Virus record (IMG/VR): IMGVR_UViG_3300008108_000016
Coordinates: 64,001-128,000 of that record
Reading direction: 5' to 3' (one strand)
DNA length: 64,000 bases
Source of the DNA: a virus
Positions 58,102 to 64,000 of the stretch are shown in pieces. A program made the translations under genes and the position numbers. The notes beneath the pieces are model-generated. The model did no database searches. It was not told the DNA's origin and saw nothing but the letters and a program-made list of their open reading frames with translations. How positions within the stretch are numbered: position 1 is the stretch's first letter; every line of letters starts with the position of its first letter.

Positions 58102-58765
58102 GATTAACGGAGTATTGAGGGATACAATTGGGAAATTTAAACATTTGTATGAAAAACATTTAATTGAAAATAATGGATTTGATGTAGAATCTATTGACAA
58201 AACGTATGAGTTAACTTTTTCAGGCGATACTGACGAGTTAGTTGAGATGAATGAGAGTACCAATGTTAATTGGTTTAAATATGAGATACTAAGTGAAGTT
58301 GATTCTCTTGAACTTGATAAACATTTCTCTTTTCAGTCAAAAGAGGAGTTATATTCATTTATGTACGAAGATTATACAATGGAATTATTTGGTCATGCAC
58401 CATCAACGGAAACTCTAACATTTAATTACTTGAATGATTTTTACCTTAATTTAAGAGATGAAAATGATATTATAATATTGTCAGATGAGATTGGTAGATC
58501 AAAACCATCCTCACTTTTCTTCTTATCTAAGTTTGGATGTTTGGTTGAAAAGATAATTTTTTACTCAAATCAAACAAAAAATACAATTTGGGATAATGTA
58601 GACATTTTACTTACCTCAAACCCTGACTTATTATTAAATCATCCACCAAATAAAATAGTGGTTAAATTTATAACAGATTACAATAAACAAACACCCTCAA
58701 AATATCAGATTGAATCATTGTCTGAATTTGAGAATTTAATTAAAGAATTAAAAGAATATGCTTAA
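58082..58765 (+). CDS. 5'(3')-nucleotidase-like HAD protein with a degenerate motif I
   Basis: MKRIGIEINGVLRD versus the canonical IxIDxDGVL; FFLSKFG; YN near the C-terminus. Confidence 0.5.
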   Translation: MKRIGIEINGVLRDTIGKFKHLYEKHLIENNGFDVESIDKTYELTFSGDTDELVEMNESTNVNWFKYEILSEVDSLELDKHFSFQSKEELYSFMYEDYTMELFGHAPSTETLTFNYLNDFYLNLRDENDIIILSDEIGRSKPSSLFFLSKFGCLVEKIIFYSNQTKNTIWDNVDILLTSNPDLLLNHPPNKIVVKFITDYNKQTPSKYQIESLSEFENLIKELKEYA

Positions 58766-59033
58766 GATCCTTGGTGAATATTATTATGTTGATATGGACA
58801 TGATTGATACATTTACAAAAATTGAAGATACGAGTGAACCAACTGAAGAAAATGAAATGGATGGTACAAAAGTACATATTGTAAAATACGAAACCGTAAA
58901 ATTTATGTTGGAAATTGTAATGGATCAACAATCAGAAGTTGATGAAAAATTATTAGGTAGTTCAGAACTTTCTATTCCATTTAAATTGGCATTTAACACT
59001 CTTTTAAATAAAAAAATAATTAATAAACTTTAA
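58758..59033 (+). CDS. Hypothetical protein
   Basis: Translationally coupled ORF. Confidence 0.6.
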   Translation: MLKILGEYYYVDMDMIDTFTKIEDTSEPTEENEMDGTKVHIVKYETVKFMLEIVMDQQSEVDEKLLGSSELSIPFKLAFNTLLNKKIINKL

Positions 59034-59037
59034 AATT

Positions 59038-60099
59038 ATGAATCAAGAACAACTATCAAAACTTGAAAAGTCTATTCAAACAATGAAAGATAAACAGTGT
59101 AGAATTTATCTTGTTGTACAGGACACAAAAGGAAACGCCAAAGCCTCAATAAGATATATATATCAAGTTGGAATGGCTCTTAAAAATAACGGATTTAATC
59201 CAATCATTCTACACGAAAAACCAGATTACTTTGGTGTGGGTAATTGGTTAGGGGAAGAATATATGACTGAATTACCTCACATGGCAATTGAGGGGACTAA
59301 TCTTGAGGTTTCCCCTGAAGATCTAATTATTATTCCCGAAATTTATGGATTTGTTATGGATCAAATCACAAAACTTCCTTGTGGTAAAGTGGTGTTATGT
59401 CAGGCGTATGATCATATTTTTGAAACATTAAACCCCGGAGACACTTGGTCAAGGTTAGGTTTCTACAAATGTATCACAACATCAGAAAAACAAAAGGAGG
59501 TTATTGAAACGTTAATGAGAGGAGTATCTATTGATGTCTTACCACCTGTAATTTCGGAATGTTTTGAAAAACAAACATTACCACCTAAAACTATAATTTC
59601 TGTACATACCAGAGATCAAAGAGAAACTGTTAATCTTATCAAGGCATTTTATGCTAGGTTTCCACAATATAGATGGATAACATTTAGAGATATGAGAGGG
59701 TTATCTGAAAAAGAATTTGCAAACGCAATGAAAGAAAGTTTCTGTTCTGTTTGGATGGATCAAACAAGTGGTTTTGGAACATTCCCTCTTGAATCATTCA
59801 AAATGGGAATCCCTATTATTGGTTTAGTCCCTAATCTAGTACCTGAATGGATGAATGAGGATAATGGTATATGGATTAACAACCCAAATATGATGGTAGA
59901 CGTTATTGCGGATTTTACTCAAAACTGGCTTGAGGATAATATTAGTCCTGTTATTTTTGAGGGTATGGAAAAAACAATATCAGAGTATTCTGACATGAAT
60001 AGATTTGAATCAAACGTTGTAGAACTTTTTAGTAAAATGATTGACACTCGTTTAGAATCATTTGAAGAACAATTAAATAAATTTGAAACAATAGAATAA
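59038..60099 (+). CDS. GT-B glycosyltransferase-like protein
   Basis: IIIPEI, SGFGTFPLES, GIPIIG. Confidence 0.65.
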   Translation: MNQEQLSKLEKSIQTMKDKQCRIYLVVQDTKGNAKASIRYIYQVGMALKNNGFNPIILHEKPDYFGVGNWLGEEYMTELPHMAIEGTNLEVSPEDLIIIPEIYGFVMDQITKLPCGKVVLCQAYDHIFETLNPGDTWSRLGFYKCITTSEKQKEVIETLMRGVSIDVLPPVISECFEKQTLPPKTIISVHTRDQRETVNLIKAFYARFPQYRWITFRDMRGLSEKEFANAMKESFCSVWMDQTSGFGTFPLESFKMGIPIIGLVPNLVPEWMNEDNGIWINNPNMMVDVIADFTQNWLEDNISPVIFEGMEKTISEYSDMNRFESNVVELFSKMIDTRLESFEEQLNKFETIE

Positions 60100-60100
60100 T

Positions 60101-60904
60101 ATGGAAAACAATACTATTTCGGTAATTTTACCAATTAGAAGCGGAAAAACAGGATTTTTTGAGGAGTATTTTGATAAAGCGATTACTTCATTAAAACAAC
60201 AATCAACACCAATTGATGAATTAATTATTGTTCATTGTAATGAGACTTATCTAAAGAATCATTTAGATAGTTATGATTTTGGTGATCTAAATGTAAAATT
60301 TGAGGAATGGACTAAAGATCCTAATTTTGCAGGACAAATTAATCAAGGAGTTAGAGTCTCAGCATCAAAATGGGTTTCTATTTTTGAATTTGATGATGAG
60401 TATTCAAATATATGGATTAAGAATTTTAAAAAATATGCGGAAATATATCCTGAAGTTGATGCATTCTTACCTATAGTTGTTGATGTAGATGAAAAAGGTG
60501 TTTTTGTTGGTTTCACTAATGAAGCAACATTTGCGGCGAATTTTTCACCTGAAATGGGTATCCTAACAAATGACACTCTATTGAACTATCAGAATTTCCA
60601 ATTATCAGGATTGGTTATTAAAAAGGATTCATATGTTGATTATGGAATGTTAAAAACATCATTCAAATTAACATTTGGTTATGAATTCTTATTAAGAATG
60701 ACTCGTAATTCAGTTCGTTTTATGACAATCCCTAAAATCGGTTATAAACACACTAATTTAAGAGAAGGATCCATATTTTGGAATTACAAAAATGGTGATG
60801 ATAGATTAAGTGAGGATGAGGTTAGATTTTGGATTGATTCGGCGAAGAAAGAATATTTATATATTAATCAACGAGAAATAAAATATGAACCTCAAGAAGT
60901 TTAA
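60101..60904 (+). CDS. GT2 glycosyltransferase
   Basis: ISVILP, INQG, FEFDD. Confidence 0.7.
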   Translation: MENNTISVILPIRSGKTGFFEEYFDKAITSLKQQSTPIDELIIVHCNETYLKNHLDSYDFGDLNVKFEEWTKDPNFAGQINQGVRVSASKWVSIFEFDDEYSNIWIKNFKKYAEIYPEVDAFLPIVVDVDEKGVFVGFTNEATFAANFSPEMGILTNDTLLNYQNFQLSGLVIKKDSYVDYGMLKTSFKLTFGYEFLLRMTRNSVRFMTIPKIGYKHTNLREGSIFWNYKNGDDRLSEDEVRFWIDSAKKEYLYINQREIKYEPQEV

Positions 60905-61650
60905 TGACTGAAAGTGAAAACATTTTAAACGACACGAATGAAGGTAAAAGAAAAGGAAGAAAAGCAAAGTTAAATAATTATTTTGATGAAAGAGAGGAAA
61001 ACGCGGTTAGGATGTACCTAACCGCAACCACTTTTGAAGAAAAAAACAAAATATATAATGATTATTTAAAACATCCTTTAGATAAAATGATATCGTCAAT
61101 TATAAGACGGTATAAATTATACAGAAAAGATATGAACTACGATGAGGTTCATATAGATACCCATTCATTTTTAATGACCAAAATTGATAAGTTTAAACCA
61201 TCAAAAGAAAAAAAGGCTTATTCATATTTTGGTACAATTTGTAAAAATTATTTGATGGGTCAAATAATGAAAGATCAAAAAGAAATGAATAGAAAAATAT
61301 CCTATGAGGATATTTCTAGTGATCTACAACATAGTCCAGATATGATTTATCATATTGATGATGATACTCTTACAACCGAAGAAATTATAAATAAATTTTT
61401 AGGGAGATTGAGTGAATCAATGAATGATAAACAAATAACTGAACAAGAAATAAAATTAGGTAAGGCTCTTTATGATATTTTTGAAAATTACAATGAAATT
61501 TTTATTGATATATCAAATAATAAATTTCATAAGAATGTGATCTTATTTGAACTTCGTGAAATGACAAACCTAACGACTAAAGAAATAAGAAACTCAATAA
61601 AGAGGTATAAAAAAATATATTTCCAACTAGTACAGGAAATGTTAAAATAA
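60904..61650 (+). CDS. Phage sigma factor, T4 gp55-like (late transcription)
   Basis: Region-2-like KIDKFKPSKEKKAYSYFGTICKNYL; C-terminal HTH-like LREMTNLTTKEIRNSI. Confidence 0.65.
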   Translation: MTESENILNDTNEGKRKGRKAKLNNYFDEREENAVRMYLTATTFEEKNKIYNDYLKHPLDKMISSIIRRYKLYRKDMNYDEVHIDTHSFLMTKIDKFKPSKEKKAYSYFGTICKNYLMGQIMKDQKEMNRKISYEDISSDLQHSPDMIYHIDDDTLTTEEIINKFLGRLSESMNDKQITEQEIKLGKALYDIFENYNEIFIDISNNKFHKNVILFELREMTNLTTKEIRNSIKRYKKIYFQLVQEMLK

Positions 61651-61670
61651 ATAATTTAATATTTATTGTT

Positions 61671-62039
61671 ATGGCAAGACCTCAAAAAAAACAAATTAAT
61701 TTAACAAAAGAATCAATGTTGTCTCTAATGCAAGAGATCTACAATGAACTTGTTGAGCAAAGAAATACCGCTATCAGGATCCAAAATAAAATGCTCACAA
61801 TGATGAAGGAACCTGAAGATATGCAATTAATAGGACCGGTTATTGAAAAACAACAAAAAATAATTAATGATTGTGTTGAAAAGAAACTAACTCTATCTAA
61901 ATTACAATCTCAAATGTGGCAAAAATCAAACGAAAAACAAGAAGAATTTACATTGTCTGATATTGATCTTGATGATGATATTATCAAAACTTTAATAGAT
62001 AAAGACACATCCGATGATAAAAATTATAGATTAAAGTAA
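61671..62039 (+). CDS. Hypothetical coiled-coil protein
   Basis: 122-aa ORF; TATTTAT at 61660-61666. Confidence 0.6.
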   Translation: MARPQKKQINLTKESMLSLMQEIYNELVEQRNTAIRIQNKMLTMMKEPEDMQLIGPVIEKQQKIINDCVEKKLTLSKLQSQMWQKSNEKQEEFTLSDIDLDDDIIKTLIDKDTSDDKNYRLK

Positions 62040-63964
62040 TGGCATTAGATATAAGAGATGGATATGGTTTTATAAAAAAAAAGGTCTCAACAACTCAAAC
62101 TTATGCTCAAGTTAGTTCTGATATTGAAGATCTAAAAAAAAGGTCTGGTGATTCTTTAGAATTGGCAAATAAAACTTTGTCCGAACAATTATCAAGTCTA
62201 AAAACAAAAACCGATAATTTCCAAAAAGGAACTGAAAATGTTAAATCCCAATTTGAGGAATTATTAGACTTAAGTAAACTAATATCAAGTGATAGTACCA
62301 CTAAAGGTAATTCAAAGACTACTAGGTATTTAAAAAAAATATTTGTTAAATCCTTACAAGAGTTGACATCCCAACTCCCAAATCTTATTAATGAACTTGG
62401 GGTAAAGGCAATAGGATGTTCAGAAGATCAAACATATTTACCAAACCAATCAATTTATATTAAAGTTAAGTCTATTGATTTTATGGGTCTACTTAAAGAC
62501 GATCCACAAAGTGTGGTTGGTAAAATTACCTATGAAAAAAATGATATACAATACAATATATTTCCATTTTCAATGAATAGGGAATTATACGGTAGAACAC
62601 AAGATATAAACCAACCATATTCTGTTCCATCAGGATCTGACTATCTTGGGGTCTCAACTCAAAATTTATTTGACATTACTTATGTAGAGTCATATGTGGA
62701 TCCGGTAACATTACAAACAATAACAGGAAACTTCTTCAAGGTTGATTTAAAACCAAGACAAAATAATCTTGTTACTGAATTTTTAAAAGATTATTACGAA
62801 ACTATTGAAGTACTTGATTATAAAAATGTTTTCTCCCATTTGATGGATCAACTTACAGGTGCAATATCAATTGAGAAGGGATATGGTGATGCGGATCTAT
62901 TGGATATCAATAAAGTATTACTAATATTTAAAAGATTAATAGGTTTGTGTTTTGACTCAAATAAAGAAATTGATGTCAGTGGGGTTGCCAAAGTTTCTGA
63001 AAACGACAATATTGATGAATCATTTTTTGAATTTAATGAAATTGATTTAAGAACATTAGATCAAAAAATTTCAGATATAAAACTGGGAGTCGTTGAGTTT
63101 GAGGAATGTCAATCGGTCAAATTATCCGTTGATAGTTTATCTATTGTTAATTCAATTAACAATCTAAATTTTATTGATGGTGGAAATAATAATAATCAAA
63201 TTAATGACGCATCTAATTTAACCGATGTTGCAACAAATGGTTTCTTTCCTATCTCAGTAAATATTGATTTTAGTTTTTTAAAGGAATTCCCAAAGTCAAT
63301 TGCAATGGCGGTTCTTTCACCGAAAACAGTTTTACCAATTATGGTACTTTCAAAATCAATTGGTAATAATGTTGCAGATGAAATAAATTCATTTGTTGAT
63401 TTTGTAAAAAAATTAAAAACATATGTAAGTGAACTAATTACAAAAATTACAGAAGTTTTTGTTAAAATTCTTTTTGATATAATTAAAAAAGATATTAAAG
63501 CATTGATTAGTAGAATTATCAATAATGTAGCAAAGGAGAAAACAAAAAAATATACCGATATGGTATTATCACTTACCGCATTATTAGTTCAGATTGCAAA
63601 TATAATTAAAGATTTTAGAGAGTGTAAAAGTATTATTAATCAATTACAGTCTTTATTGAATAACATACAAACAAGAACAAGCTCACTACCATTACCTTTA
63701 TTATTGGCATCAAAATTAAGAAAAGGTTATTCAAAAACGGGAGCATTTTTGAGAGTAATAAAAGAATTTGAGGAACTTGGATTACCAACCGGCCCTATGC
63801 CTGATGGTAGCCCTAATTTAATGTTAGCCGCAGCAAAGGCAATAATCAATGGTATTGATGATGAAATGACTGAAAACGGAAGGGTGGATATTGCAATCCC
63901 TCCTCTTAGCATAACACCAGTTTTCATTACAGTACCAAATGTAGGATCAGGAGTCGTAATGTAA
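62039..63964 (+). CDS. Hypothetical large (probably structural) protein
   Basis: 641-aa ORF coupled to the upstream gene; GLPTGPMPDGSPN near the C-terminus. Confidence 0.6.
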   Translation: MALDIRDGYGFIKKKVSTTQTYAQVSSDIEDLKKRSGDSLELANKTLSEQLSSLKTKTDNFQKGTENVKSQFEELLDLSKLISSDSTTKGNSKTTRYLKKIFVKSLQELTSQLPNLINELGVKAIGCSEDQTYLPNQSIYIKVKSIDFMGLLKDDPQSVVGKITYEKNDIQYNIFPFSMNRELYGRTQDINQPYSVPSGSDYLGVSTQNLFDITYVESYVDPVTLQTITGNFFKVDLKPRQNNLVTEFLKDYYETIEVLDYKNVFSHLMDQLTGAISIEKGYGDADLLDINKVLLIFKRLIGLCFDSNKEIDVSGVAKVSENDNIDESFFEFNEIDLRTLDQKISDIKLGVVEFEECQSVKLSVDSLSIVNSINNLNFIDGGNNNNQINDASNLTDVATNGFFPISVNIDFSFLKEFPKSIAMAVLSPKTVLPIMVLSKSIGNNVADEINSFVDFVKKLKTYVSELITKITEVFVKILFDIIKKDIKALISRIINNVAKEKTKKYTDMVLSLTALLVQIANIIKDFRECKSIINQLQSLLNNIQTRTSSLPLPLLLASKLRKGYSKTGAFLRVIKEFEELGLPTGPMPDGSPNLMLAAAKAIINGIDDEMTENGRVDIAIPPLSITPVFITVPNVGSGVVM

Positions 63965-63966
63965 TT

Positions 63967-64000
63967 ATGGAAAAAATAGAATCATCAAAAATAGTGGAAA
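63967..64000 (+). CDS. Start of the next gene (partial)
   Basis: ATG GAA AAA ATA GAA... two bases after the previous stop, open to the window end. Confidence 0.45.
   Translation, partial: MEKIESSKIVE

Noticed and set aside
1-64000. tRNA or rRNA genes
   Set aside because: Intergenic gaps are short and AT-rich and I saw no cloverleaf or T-loop (GTTCRA) pattern; a tRNAscan-SE run would confirm.

Overview
AT-rich segment of a large T4-like (myovirus/jumbo-type) bacteriophage genome, read in the standard code. The lack of obvious Shine-Dalgarno motifs and several Bacteroidota-like domains hint at a Bacteroidota host (inference). Contents in order: (1) tail and neck genes (gp26-like hub, gp19 tube, gp18 sheath with an inserted Ig-like domain, gp15/gp14/gp13-like) interleaved with homing endonucleases, an SNF2 helicase, an SOD fusion and a family B DNA polymerase; (2) a fibre/adhesin block (2503-aa fibre, Pro-Thr repeat proteins, an Asn-rich repeat fibre, a Cys-rich LamG-like protein) interleaved with a GT60, an Aah/TibC-like heptosyltransferase, GT8/GT9 and two sulfotransferases; (3) probable head-packaged proteins, including a stand-alone WYL protein; (4) a long glycosylation/nucleotide-sugar operon with dUTPase, PhoH and a gp55-like sigma factor. 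The most notable signals missing from the ORF track are: a Cas13b-like mini-array (36-nt repeats, 30-31-nt spacers) overlapping the 3' end of the SOD fusion (12732-12890); a GGC-TGA-GGT 'stop-hop' site inside a 12-bp hairpin in a glycosyltransferase gene (43944-43979); a U11-UAG frameshift site with a downstream hairpin in a neck gene (9215-9264); an internally deleted GIY-YIG remnant; and a recurrent sense-strand TATTTAT promoter-like motif. Family assignments are from motif recognition only; no searches were run.
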